57,539 nucleotides of DNA from Eubacteriales bacterium (GTDB lineage Bacteria > Bacillota > Clostridia > Oscillospirales > CAG-272). The position numbers and the translations under genes were made by a program. The notes below the pieces were generated by a model, which saw nothing but the letters and a program-made list of their open reading frames with translations, made no database searches and had not been told where the DNA came from. Where the stretch lies: positions 1 through 57,539 of the forward strand of contig JBJDZD010000053.1 of assembly GCA_051867815.1 (NCBI GenBank), written 5' to 3'. Below, piece by piece: positions 9,495-18,184 of this stretch; the first letter of the stretch is position 1, and each line of letters starts with the position of its first letter.

Positions 9495-9812
9495 ATGGAT
9501 ATACAGCTCAAAAGAGGACTTCTTGATGTTTGCGTGCTTGCCGCCATCAAGAAGGAGGATTCATACGGTTATCAAATAATTAAAGACATGAAGCCATATG
9601 TTGAGATATCGGAATCAACGCTCTACCCCATTTTGCGCCGGCTTGAAGCCGCCGATCTGCTGAGTGTTCGCACAGCGGAGCATAGCGGGCGCTTGCGCAA
9701 ATACTATCACATCACGCCGGCAGGGTTGAAGCGAATAGATGATTTCAAAGACGAATGGAGAGAGATCATGTCGATTTACAGATTTGTCGCTAAGGAGGAC
9801 AAGGAAACATGA
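9495..9812 (+). CDS. PadR family transcriptional regulator
   Basis: LLDVCVLAAIKKEDSYGYQIIK...STLYPILRRLE winged-helix signature. AAGGAGG RBS before the ATG at 9495. Confidence 0.85.
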   Translation: MDIQLKRGLLDVCVLAAIKKEDSYGYQIIKDMKPYVEISESTLYPILRRLEAADLLSVRTAEHSGRLRKYYHITPAGLKRIDDFKDEWREIMSIYRFVAKEDKET

Positions 9813-10408
9813 CTAAAACAGAATTTTTGACCGAGCTGGAGCGTGCCCTTTCGGGGCTTCCGCAAGAGGATATAAGAAAAAGCCTTGATTTCTATGCGGA
9901 AATGATAGATGAGCGCACTGAGGACGGCGTCAGCGAGGAGGAGGCGGTTGCCGCGCTCGGCGATATTGGGAATATCAGAACGCAGATCATCGGCGAAGTG
10001 CCGCTGGGTCGAATCGTAAAAGAGCGCATCAAGCCAAATCGCAAGCTCCGCGCTTGGGAGATAGTGCTTATCGCACTCGGCTCACCCATATGGCTTTCGC
10101 TGGCGGTGGCGGCAATATCAATAATATTTGCGGTTTTCGCCGTGCTGTGGTCCGTTGATATTTCAATTTTCGCGGTAGCCTTCGGATGCGGAGCGTTCTT
10201 CATCGCATCCATACCGGCAGCCGTGGTATTCTTCATCAACGCCAACACGCCGAATGCCCTCTTTTTGCTGGGCTGCGGTATGCTCGGCGGCGGCCTGTGC
10301 CTGTTTATCTGCATGGCCGGAGTACATTGTGCTCGCGCATGCTTTTGGCTGTGCAAAAAGCTCATTCACGGCATTAAATCCGCGTTCACCGCGAAAGGAG
10401 ACGAATAA
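9809..10408 (+). CDS. DUF1700 (HAAS) membrane protein
   Basis: N-terminus MTKTEFLTELERALSGLPQEDIRKSLDFYAEMIDE followed by C-terminal TM helices. ATGA overlap with padR. Confidence 0.75.
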   Translation: MTKTEFLTELERALSGLPQEDIRKSLDFYAEMIDERTEDGVSEEEAVAALGDIGNIRTQIIGEVPLGRIVKERIKPNRKLRAWEIVLIALGSPIWLSLAVAAISIIFAVFAVLWSVDISIFAVAFGCGAFFIASIPAAVVFFINANTPNALFLLGCGMLGGGLCLFICMAGVHCARACFWLCKKLIHGIKSAFTAKGDE

Positions 10409-11367
10409 TGAAAAACAAATCACTTGGCACGGTAATCGTTGCCGTTTTACTGACTGTTGCCGGCATTGCTCTCGCCTGCGCGGCACTCATAATGATAGAT
10501 TTTGATTTTTTGCGCCTGTCAACGGACGATTTTGAGGAGGTCACGCATGTGATCGAGGGAGATTTTGACGGTTTGCGCATAGAAGTGGACACGCACGACG
10601 TTTCCATCCTTCCGTCCGAGGACGGAGCTTGCCGCCTGGTGGTGCACGAGAGCGAAAAAGTCAAATTCCGCATCGAGCAAAAGGGCGGCGTGCTTGAAAT
10701 CACCGTTGATAACAACATGAAGTGGTACGATCACATCGGTATCAGCTTCGGCAAAAAGTCGTTTACCCTCTACCTGCCCGAAAACGAGTATGAATCCCTC
10801 TCCGTAAGCACCGATACCGGAAACATTGACGTTCCCGATGGCTTTGCTTTCGGTGACGTTTCCTTGGAGACGGACACGGGTGACGTTGATATTTGCGGTG
10901 TCGTTTGTAACGCTCTTGATATCGACGGCGAAACGGGCAAGATCAAGCTCATGGATGTGAGCGCAGATCGGATCACGGCACAAACCTCAACGGGCGACGT
11001 TACGCTCCTTGAGGTCAAGTGCAATGAAATCAGGGCAAGGACCTCCACCGGCTTCGTACATCTTGAAGAAGCAAACAGCACGGGTATCACGGACGTCAAG
11101 ACCGGTACCGGTAAGGTGTCGCTCAACAAGTGTGTTTCCGGCGAGTTTCGCATCGAGACGAACACGGGTGACGTCAAATTCGACGCCTCGGATGCCGACG
11201 AGATATGGGTCAAGACCGGCACGGGCAGTGTTTCGGGTTATCTTCTCACAGAAAAGCTATTCACCGTAAACACCGGAACGGGAAAAATCGACGTTCCCGA
11301 AAGCCACGGGGATAAGCGTTGCAGCATCACTACGGGAACGGGTAATATTACGATCAGGATAGATTGA
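10408..11367 (+). CDS. DUF4097 beta-strand repeat protein
   Basis: Repeated T(D/S/G/N)TG(D/N/K)(V/I) units (TDTGNIDV, TSTGDVTL, TGTGKVSL and others). N-terminal TM segment. 1-nt overlap with the upstream gene. Confidence 0.8.
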   Translation: MKNKSLGTVIVAVLLTVAGIALACAALIMIDFDFLRLSTDDFEEVTHVIEGDFDGLRIEVDTHDVSILPSEDGACRLVVHESEKVKFRIEQKGGVLEITVDNNMKWYDHIGISFGKKSFTLYLPENEYESLSVSTDTGNIDVPDGFAFGDVSLETDTGDVDICGVVCNALDIDGETGKIKLMDVSADRITAQTSTGDVTLLEVKCNEIRARTSTGFVHLEEANSTGITDVKTGTGKVSLNKCVSGEFRIETNTGDVKFDASDADEIWVKTGTGSVSGYLLTEKLFTVNTGTGKIDVPESHGDKRCSITTGTGNITIRID

Positions 11368-11443
11368 GCTGAATGCATTGACAGCTCCGTTTTAGCGACG
11401 AAAACGCACATTTCGCTTAAGCACGAGTGATCTCATAAAAAAC

Positions 11444-11474
11444 GAGTCAAAAGCTCCTTGAAGGCTTTTGACTC
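11444..11474. terminator. bidirectional rho-independent terminator between convergent genes
   Basis: GAGTCAAAAGC-tccttgaag-GCTTTTGACTC with an A-run upstream and a T-run downstream. It overlaps the stop codon of the minus-strand gene. Confidence 0.75.
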
Positions 11475-12915
11475 AGTTTTTTCCGTGTACCTTACCGCAC
11501 CGCGGGCAAACGGTCTCACCGGTCTGTGTGACGGGCGTGATATTTCTGAACCGGCAAACGCCCTCGGCGCTTTCGGTGCGACTTTTGCCGCTTTTTGTGC
11601 GGAAATTCTTGATCGCGGTCAGGTAAAAGCTCTCGCCCGTGTCGGGGCAGGTCTCTTCCGATATAACGGTGCGGCATGCTCCGCATTCGTAAAGCGAGCC
11701 GCCACTCTCGGCGCGTTTAAGCGCTTTGCCGCAGAACGGGCAGGTGTCGCGCTTGCCGTCGGCGTAGACCATGGCGCGCAGGAGCAGCTGTTGTATGCGG
11801 CGGAATGAATCGATATCATGGAGGTCAAGGCGCAGGTCGGCATCACCGTTCGGGTCTGCCGCCAAAACCTCGTCCGCTTCGATATCCGCCCTTTCGTAAA
11901 GGCAAAGAGCCGTTTTATACTCGCGCTCCTTGCGGACCGTCAGCATCAGCGCACCGTGCTCGCGCCTGATATTCAGCGCAAAGCCGCCGAAAGAGGCGTC
12001 GACGTCGATATTCTTGAAGTCGATCTCTGCACGATCGTCAAATCTGAAGTTGAAATGGCCTGCGGCAAAAACGCACAGCAAGGAGCAATATGCAAAATAT
12101 TCGCTACGCTTCAGCCGCGGCTCGGGAACGACCGCACCGTCAAGCCCGATGCTTGAAAAATATTTGGCAAGCGAATAAAGACGGCGGTAATCCTTGTGTG
12201 AACGGAAAATATTCGTCTTTTTCAGCTCGAGCTTGTTTTTTCTCTTGCGACACTGCCGATAAACGGGGGCTTTCAGCCGTGAGCTGAGAGCATTTTCCAC
12301 GGTTCGGAGCTTTTCCGAGCAGCGCTCAATTGGAAGCAGATATTGGTCGTAGTCTCGCAGATATCCCGTGTGCAGCTTGCCGAGGGCAATAAAAAACATG
12401 GGGTGGTTCTCGCGCTCAAGGAGATTGAAGCGCAATTCGCGGTTAGCATGTAGCATATCTTGCAGAATACGCTGATTTTTGGCAACGAAAGAGAGGATCA
12501 GGTCAATCGTCTGCGCAAACACCAGGTTTTCGTATATTGCGTAGTCGTCATCCTGACGGACGGTCATCAGCTTGCGCGGCACGAGAGCGTCGCCCTTGAC
12601 GCTTTCCCACAGCTCGCTGTGAACGGCGATGTGTGAGAGCGTTTTGTTGTTGACTACGCGAACCGCTTCCGCAGGGAGTATTTCGCCGGAATCGCGCAAG
12701 CGAATGATGGGCAGGGCGAAAATGCGCTTGATCGAGGGGAGAACCGCGATTATTCGGTCAAGCACACCATCAAGCATGGCAAGATCCATGTCCTCGCGCA
12801 AAGCAAAGAGGTTCAGCCCCGACTGCACGTCGGTATCGAATTTTTCATAGCTTACCGCGTTTTCGGCGTATTGCTCCGCCGCCGCGTAACCTTCAAGTCT
12901 TTCGTCAGTCATCAT
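11473..12915 (-). CDS. McrC-like / DUF2357-like protein with a C-terminal double zinc ribbon; no evident PD-(D/E)xK motif
   Basis: 480 aa. The DDDYAIYENLVFAQTIDLIL segment resembles the DUF2357 (McrC N-terminal) ENR-type motif. C-terminus has CPFCG..CGAC and CPDTG..CPRCG (encoded about 11476-11750). The start overlaps the stop of the AAA+ gene. Confidence 0.55.
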   Translation of the reverse strand: MMTDERLEGYAAAEQYAENAVSYEKFDTDVQSGLNLFALREDMDLAMLDGVLDRIIAVLPSIKRIFALPIIRLRDSGEILPAEAVRVVNNKTLSHIAVHSELWESVKGDALVPRKLMTVRQDDDYAIYENLVFAQTIDLILSFVAKNQRILQDMLHANRELRFNLLERENHPMFFIALGKLHTGYLRDYDQYLLPIERCSEKLRTVENALSSRLKAPVYRQCRKRKNKLELKKTNIFRSHKDYRRLYSLAKYFSSIGLDGAVVPEPRLKRSEYFAYCSLLCVFAAGHFNFRFDDRAEIDFKNIDVDASFGGFALNIRREHGALMLTVRKEREYKTALCLYERADIEADEVLAADPNGDADLRLDLHDIDSFRRIQQLLLRAMVYADGKRDTCPFCGKALKRAESGGSLYECGACRTVISEETCPDTGESFYLTAIKNFRTKSGKSRTESAEGVCRFRNITPVTQTGETVCPRCGKVHGKN

Positions 12916-15286
12916 TCAGGCTCAAAATGAAGTCGGAACAACGGCAAAGACCGAGCTTTTCAAACTCCGCCGCCAATTCTTCCTTATCGACCACGCTCTT
13001 GAATTCCAGCTTGGCAACGACCTTGCTGAGCAGTATACGCTCCAGACCGTCCGAGATAGCCTTCTCCGTTGCGCCGAAGCAGGCGGCGTAAATACGGACG
13101 AAATCCTCCATTTGTCTTGCAATACGGTTGCCGAAGGATATGTTGTAGGGCGCGAGGAGTGCTTCGACCTCACCGACGACGGGCGCGGCTTCGATATCAA
13201 AGTAAACGGAAGCCTTTGCTTCCTCAAAAAGCTCGCACAGGGCGGCGGCGGAAAGGTATCTCTGAGCCATGGGTTCGCCATAGGAGCGCACCTTGGGCGC
13301 GCGCTTGTTGAAATTCATGGTGTGGGCGCGGTCGTAGACCTTATCGCTGATCTCAAACGTGCTTTCGTCGCGGTTTGCCGTTCCGACGAACCAAACGTTT
13401 TGCGGAATGCTTATCGTGGTGCCGTCCTTAAGACCGATATAGCGGTAGCTTAAGCTATCGCGGCGGCGGTAGAGCGGTGTGCCGAGGAGCTTTATTTCGC
13501 GGTGGCCCTCCTCGTTTTCCATGAGGGATAGAAAATCCGAGAAATAATACTCAATGCGCGAGAGATTCATCTCGTCGAGAACGATGAAGGTGGGTACTTC
13601 GGGCATAAGGCGCGCGCGGTAGAGCGCGAGAGTGAACTTTTTGGGCGTATAAATGCGGCTGAATTCATTGTAATAGCCGAGCAACTCGTTCTTATCACGC
13701 CACGCGGACTCAACCTCAACGATATTGCATTCACCGAGTACCGCTTCGGCAAAGATCTTGGGCAGGCTTGTCTTACCGGTTCCGCTCATGCCCTGCAATA
13801 TGGTAAGTCTGGTCGCGCCGAGACCTGCAATGAAAGCGGCGACATCCTCCGGCGTGTAAATGAGGTGCAGGCGCGAGTCGCGCGCGTATTTTACGACGAA
13901 ATCAACTATCTCGCCGAGAGTGGGATTCTCGAAAGCGTTTACATCCTTGTCCTCAAGGGAAGCTCGCATCGACTCGTATCCGTTATCGATCGAGGTGAAC
14001 GCCGGGCATGGGTCGTGGTCGCCGGGGGAGAGGGGCGCGGTGCTTTCCTCGGGCATCGGTGCGGAAAAACCGGACGGGTCATAGATCGCGCCTGCGCCGC
14101 TCAGGAAAACGGTCAGCTCGCTCTTTGTGCCGCGCGAATAGGGCTTGCGCAAAAGCATCAGACAAAGCACGCCCACCGCGGCAATGAAGAACCAAAACAC
14201 GGAGCTTTTCACCTCGTAGGTGAATTGGAATTTTTCCGGATCAAAAAACTGTTCCCAATAACCGTGATCAAAGTCGGCAAGCACGCGTAGTATCCAAGCG
14301 GTGATGATATCCTTGTTTATATCCTTGGCAATCGAAAAATACAAGCCGAAAACGCCGATGACGAAGGTGGTAACGGTACCGACGACTGTTTGCAGAATTG
14401 AGAGCTGCCAGAAGGCCTTTGATCGACCGATGAGGGCGCAGAGGGAGGTAAGAATAAAAGCGCAGTTCGCGGCAACGAAGACAACGACGAAGAAGGTGAG
14501 TATCTGCATGCTTCCCGGAACCTCGGCTGTTCCCTTAAGGGCTTCGAGGCCGTTAAAGTACATTTCGGGAGAATCAAAGCTCGGCTTGACCGTTAAAATA
14601 TCGCCGAGTGCGGCGAATATCGCAAGTAAGGTAACGGCACTTGCGTATATAAACTGCTCAATGCGCACCCCTGCGGCGGTTTTCTTCGGCTTGCGAGCTT
14701 CGTCCGCCGGTGTGATATTGCGCGTAAGGAATACGAAGATAATGACGATGCATACGGATATCAACAGGGGTGGGCAGAAGCAATGCCCGTATGTGAAGGG
14801 GAAGTCGTCGCGCATGTTTTGCGTGCAGGAAAAGAGTATGCTTGCTACATAGAAAGCGCCGGTGACGGATACGGTGTATACTGTCAGTGCTTGAGCCAAA
14901 CCGAAGAATCTTTCGTCGCTCGCGCCGTATCTGCGTACGACGCGCAAGAGCATAAAGGCGCCCACCGTGCCGAAAATCACTATCGCAACGAATACCGCTA
15001 CCGTTCCGATGGCGACGAAGTCGGTATAGAACATTTGACCGCCGACGACGATGATATCCTTCGTAAGATCGAAGATGTTCGTAGCCTTGACTATTATTTC
15101 GGCGGCGTTGCCCTGAATGTCAATATAACTGATTTTGTTGAAAGGAACGTTTATCAGCCAAAAAATCAGCATCGTCGAGATGATGCACAGGCCGAGGACG
15201 GTCAGCCTTCGCGCGCGGTCGCTGAATGCCGGGAGAGTGATGATGGTTTGACCGCCCTTACTATTTTGATTCTTATTCGTTGTCAT
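12905..15286 (-). CDS. polytopic membrane domain fused to a McrB-type (AAA_5) NTPase
   Basis: 793 aa. About 8 hydrophobic helices in residues 1-385. Walker A GMSGTGKT (13769-13792). Walker B plus McrB-style helix VLDEMNLSRIEYYFSDFLS (from 13566-13583). GTANRDE resembles McrB GTMNTADRS. GGGGG RBS. Confidence 0.65.
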   Translation of the reverse strand: MTTNKNQNSKGGQTIITLPAFSDRARRLTVLGLCIISTMLIFWLINVPFNKISYIDIQGNAAEIIVKATNIFDLTKDIIVVGGQMFYTDFVAIGTVAVFVAIVIFGTVGAFMLLRVVRRYGASDERFFGLAQALTVYTVSVTGAFYVASILFSCTQNMRDDFPFTYGHCFCPPLLISVCIVIIFVFLTRNITPADEARKPKKTAAGVRIEQFIYASAVTLLAIFAALGDILTVKPSFDSPEMYFNGLEALKGTAEVPGSMQILTFFVVVFVAANCAFILTSLCALIGRSKAFWQLSILQTVVGTVTTFVIGVFGLYFSIAKDINKDIITAWILRVLADFDHGYWEQFFDPEKFQFTYEVKSSVFWFFIAAVGVLCLMLLRKPYSRGTKSELTVFLSGAGAIYDPSGFSAPMPEESTAPLSPGDHDPCPAFTSIDNGYESMRASLEDKDVNAFENPTLGEIVDFVVKYARDSRLHLIYTPEDVAAFIAGLGATRLTILQGMSGTGKTSLPKIFAEAVLGECNIVEVESAWRDKNELLGYYNEFSRIYTPKKFTLALYRARLMPEVPTFIVLDEMNLSRIEYYFSDFLSLMENEEGHREIKLLGTPLYRRRDSLSYRYIGLKDGTTISIPQNVWFVGTANRDESTFEISDKVYDRAHTMNFNKRAPKVRSYGEPMAQRYLSAAALCELFEEAKASVYFDIEAAPVVGEVEALLAPYNISFGNRIARQMEDFVRIYAACFGATEKAISDGLERILLSKVVAKLEFKSVVDKEELAAEFEKLGLCRCSDFILSLNDD

Positions 15287-15314
15287 GGCTTGACCCCCTC
15301 GAAGATATATATCA

Positions 15315-15343
15315 ATTATAACAGCTTTTTATCAATCTGTCAA
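15315..15343 (-). promoter_or_regulatory. consensus sigma-A promoter of the McrBC-like operon
   Basis: On the minus strand: TTGACA (15338-15343), 17-nt spacer, TATAAT (15315-15320). Confidence 0.7.
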
Positions 15344-15373
15344 GTTTTCGGTAGTTTTTCCGTAATATTAAGA

Positions 15374-15412
15374 CGAAAAAAATCGCCCGAGGTTTCATTT
15401 CTTCGGGCGATT
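15374..15412 (-). terminator. rho-independent terminator of the ddh-dapB-dapA operon
   Basis: AATCGCCCGA / TCGGGCGATT stem followed on the minus strand by TTTTT. A second hairpin, TTGAACAAAAA / TTTTTGTTCAA, lies at 15420-15451. Confidence 0.75.
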
Positions 15413-15459
15413 CTCCGTATTGAACAAAAAGGGGAGTGAATTTTTGTTCAATTTGATTA

Positions 15460-16434
15460 TTACAGCATTTTTGCTCTCAGCTCTTCCGCAGAGAGGGGAG
15501 AGAGGTCTGCCGGTGCGACGTCAAAGAGGGTCTTGCAGCCCGTGCTTCCGCGACGAGCCATGCGGTCGACGGCTCTTGCGCAGGAAACGAGAACGCTTGC
15601 GGTGAATTCGGGGTTGGAATCGAGCGTCAGCGAAAACTCAACGGTGTGAGCATGCTCGCCCGAAAAGCCCGTGGAGCCGTTTCTTATAACCGAGCCGCCG
15701 TGCGGAAGCTCGGAATGGTTCTCGCGAAGCTCCTCTGCACTTACGAAGGTCACCGTGGTATCGTAATCGAAAAAATAATTGGGCATATTCTTGATCTCGG
15801 CTTCAATGCGAGATAGGTCTGCGCCCTCCGCGGCAACCACATAGCATTCTCTGGTGTGCTTCTGCCTTGTGGTAAGCTCGGGACATTCACCGGAGCGGAC
15901 GGCGGCGAGCGCCTCGGGCACGGGGACCGTGTATTGGCGCGCGTCAAGCACGCCCTCAATGCGACGAATCGCATCGGAGTGACCCTGGCTTACGCCGCGT
16001 CCCCAGAAGGTGTAGTCCTTACCATCGGGAAGAACGGCAGATGCGTAAAGGCGCGCAATGGAGAAAAGTCCCGGATCCCAGCCGCCCGAAATGAGGGCAA
16101 CGTGAGAAGTTCTTTGTGCCGCCTCATTTACACGCGCGAAATGCTCCGGGATCTTTGCGTGGGTGTCGAAGCTGTCAACGACGTTGAAGCTTTCGGCAAG
16201 GATGTGGGTCATGCGAGGAAGGTCGGTCGCGCTTCCTCCGCAGAGGATGACGACGTCGATCTCGTTCTTAAAATCAAATATTGCAGATGCCGGATAGACC
16301 GGTGTACCGTTCGTGACGACCGCTTTCGGGTCGCGGCGTGTGAAAACGCCGACAAGCTCGGCATCCTTATGGTATTTTACCGCCGCTTCGACGCCTCTGC
16401 CGAGGTTGCCGTAGCCGTATATTGCTATTTTCAT
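15460..16434 (-). CDS. ddh: meso-diaminopimelate D-dehydrogenase
   Basis: MKIAIYGYGNLGRGVE Rossmann N-terminus and a length of about 325 aa. Sits in an operon with dapB and dapA. The ORF's upstream extension is rejected. Confidence 0.85.
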   Translation of the reverse strand: MKIAIYGYGNLGRGVEAAVKYHKDAELVGVFTRRDPKAVVTNGTPVYPASAIFDFKNEIDVVILCGGSATDLPRMTHILAESFNVVDSFDTHAKIPEHFARVNEAAQRTSHVALISGGWDPGLFSIARLYASAVLPDGKDYTFWGRGVSQGHSDAIRRIEGVLDARQYTVPVPEALAAVRSGECPELTTRQKHTRECYVVAAEGADLSRIEAEIKNMPNYFFDYDTTVTFVSAEELRENHSELPHGGSVIRNGSTGFSGEHAHTVEFSLTLDSNPEFTASVLVSCARAVDRMARRGSTGCKTLFDVAPADLSPLSAEELRAKML

Positions 16435-16438
16435 GAGT

Positions 16439-17212
16439 TTAACCAACTTTCGTGGGAGTTTTTGCGCCGCCGAGGAGGGAATACATATCGTACGTTCCCG
16501 GCTCACAGCCGCAAAGGAACGCGGCGGCGGCAAGTGCGCCCTCGGCAAAGAGTGCGCGAGAGTGTGCCTCGTGCTTGAGGGTTATGGTTTGATTTTGCGT
16601 GCCTATCATTATTTCATGCTCGCCGACGATATTGCCCATGCGGATGGCGTGGATGCCTATCTCGTCCTTCGTACGCTTGCCCTGACCGCTTCTGCCGCAA
16701 TGGGCGGTGGCGGATGGGCGAACCTCGGTGAGTGCTTCGGCAAGCATCAGAGCCGTTCCGCTGGGGGCGTCGAGCTTGCGGTCGTGGTGCTTTTCGATGA
16801 TCTCGATCTCCGCATCGGGGAAGGCGGAGGCCGCCTGCTTTGCAAGCTCGCAAAGGAGCGCAACGCCGAGCGACATGTTGGCGGAGAAAAAGAGTGGTAT
16901 CTGCTCGCCCGCGGCGGCAATCATCGCCCTTTCTTCCGGTGTGTGTCCCGTGGTGCAAAGGACGGTGGGGAGTCTGCGCTCGACGGCAAATCTCAAAAGC
17001 TCGGGGGTGACGCTGTGATGCGAGAAATCAACTATGCAGTCGATATCGACGTTGCCGACATCGGAAAAGCTTTTGTAGACTGCGTAGGTCTCGCCGCCCT
17101 TGGCAAAGGCATCGACACCGCCGACGCATTCGCCGCCGCGGTAGCCCGACTCGCAGAGAGCGACGACCTCGCGGCCCATATGACCGCAAATTCCGCTGAC
17201 AAATATTTTCAT
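16439..17212 (-). CDS. dapB: 4-hydroxy-tetrahydrodipicolinate reductase
   Basis: MKIFVSGICGHMGREV and EIIEKHHDRKLDAPSGTA (the E-x-HH-x-K-x-DAPSGTA signature). ATGA overlap with the dapA stop. Confidence 0.85.
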   Translation of the reverse strand: MKIFVSGICGHMGREVVALCESGYRGGECVGGVDAFAKGGETYAVYKSFSDVGNVDIDCIVDFSHHSVTPELLRFAVERRLPTVLCTTGHTPEERAMIAAAGEQIPLFFSANMSLGVALLCELAKQAASAFPDAEIEIIEKHHDRKLDAPSGTALMLAEALTEVRPSATAHCGRSGQGKRTKDEIGIHAIRMGNIVGEHEIMIGTQNQTITLKHEAHSRALFAEGALAAAAFLCGCEPGTYDMYSLLGGAKTPTKVG

Positions 17213-18093
17213 ATCAGATTCTCCGCTCTCATGAGGTCGAGAAGAACGGCCTCGTTTTTCGGCTCCATGGGGGTCAGGGGCAGGCGCAGATAATTCTCGC
17301 CGAAGCCCATTGCCGCGCAAGCCGCTTTTGCCGGGATCGGGTTGACCTCGCAGAAAAGGGCGTTTATGAGGGGTAGATAATGCAGCTGCATCTCGCGCGC
17401 ACCGGCAATATCACCGGCGAGGAACTTTTTGCACATCTGCGAGGTCTCGGCCGGCAAAATATTGGAAAGGACGGAGATAACGCCCTTGCCGCCGAGCGAC
17501 ATGATGGGAACTATCTGGTCGTCATTTCCGGAATAAATGTCGATCTTGTCGCCTGCAAGAGCCGCAAGCTGTGCTATCTGCGAAATGTTTCCGCTGGCTT
17601 CCTTGATCGCAACGATGTTTTCATGCTCGGCAAGGCGCGCGACTGTCGCAGGGAGCAGATTGCATCCCGTGCGCGAGGGGACGTTATAAAGTATGCAGGG
17701 CTTGCTCGAAGCGTCTGCAATGGCGCGGAAGGAGCGCTCCATGCCTGCTTGAGTGGCTTTGTTGTAATAGGGGGTGACGAGCAGCATGGCATCCGCACCG
17801 ACGGCGCAGGCGTACTCGGTCAACTCAATGGCGTAGGCAACGTCATTGGAGCCTGTGCCGGCAATGACCGGAACTCTGCCTGCAACTCTGTCAACACAGA
17901 ATTTGATAGCTTCCTTATGCTCGCGATCGTTGAGGGTGGAGCCTTCGCCCGTTGTTCCGACGGCAACGAGCGCATCTATGCCGTTTTCTATCTGAAAGTC
18001 GATAAGCTTCCCGAAATTTTCATAATCAATTCCCGATTCGTTAAGGGGCGTGACGAGAGCAGTCGCCGCTCCCGTAAAAACGGTGTTTTTCAT
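17209..18093 (-). CDS. dapA: 4-hydroxy-tetrahydrodipicolinate synthase
   Basis: TALVTP...GTTGE...YNVP...AIKEASG signature. GGAGG RBS before the ATG at 18093. Confidence 0.9.
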   Translation of the reverse strand: MKNTVFTGAATALVTPLNESGIDYENFGKLIDFQIENGIDALVAVGTTGEGSTLNDREHKEAIKFCVDRVAGRVPVIAGTGSNDVAYAIELTEYACAVGADAMLLVTPYYNKATQAGMERSFRAIADASSKPCILYNVPSRTGCNLLPATVARLAEHENIVAIKEASGNISQIAQLAALAGDKIDIYSGNDDQIVPIMSLGGKGVISVLSNILPAETSQMCKKFLAGDIAGAREMQLHYLPLINALFCEVNPIPAKAACAAMGFGENYLRLPLTPMEPKNEAVLLDLMRAENLI

Positions 18094-18132
18094 TTTATAC
18101 CTCCGTTTGATTTCATAAATTTCCAATTTATA

Positions 18133-18161
18133 ATTTTATCACTTTAATCCGAAATTGTCAA
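18133..18161 (-). promoter_or_regulatory. sigma-A promoter of dapA
   Basis: On the minus strand: TTGACA (18156-18161), 17-nt spacer, TGaTAAAAT (18133-18138). The leader is only about 35 nt. Confidence 0.6.
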
Positions 18162-18184
18162 TAGTTTTGGATCGATTTCTTGCT

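Noticed and set aside
15460-16548. N-terminal extensions of several track ORFs (for example ddh 362 aa, dapB 293 aa, aspS 505 aa, YitT 328 aa, rSAM 402 aa)
   Set aside because: Internal ATG or GTG codons with good GGAGG-type RBSs give the canonical protein N-termini and remove the overlaps with upstream genes. The extensions are R/P-rich read-through of intergenic or upstream-gene sequence.
16433-17293. 286-aa plus-strand ORF and several R-rich ORFs across dapB
   Set aside because: They are antisense to dapB, which carries the diagnostic E-x-HH-x-K-x-DAPSGTA motif.
18094-18184. Possible lysine riboswitch (L-box) upstream of dapA
   Set aside because: The gap is only about 90 nt, and the promoter is placed so that the leader is about 35 nt. 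There is no room for an L-box fold.
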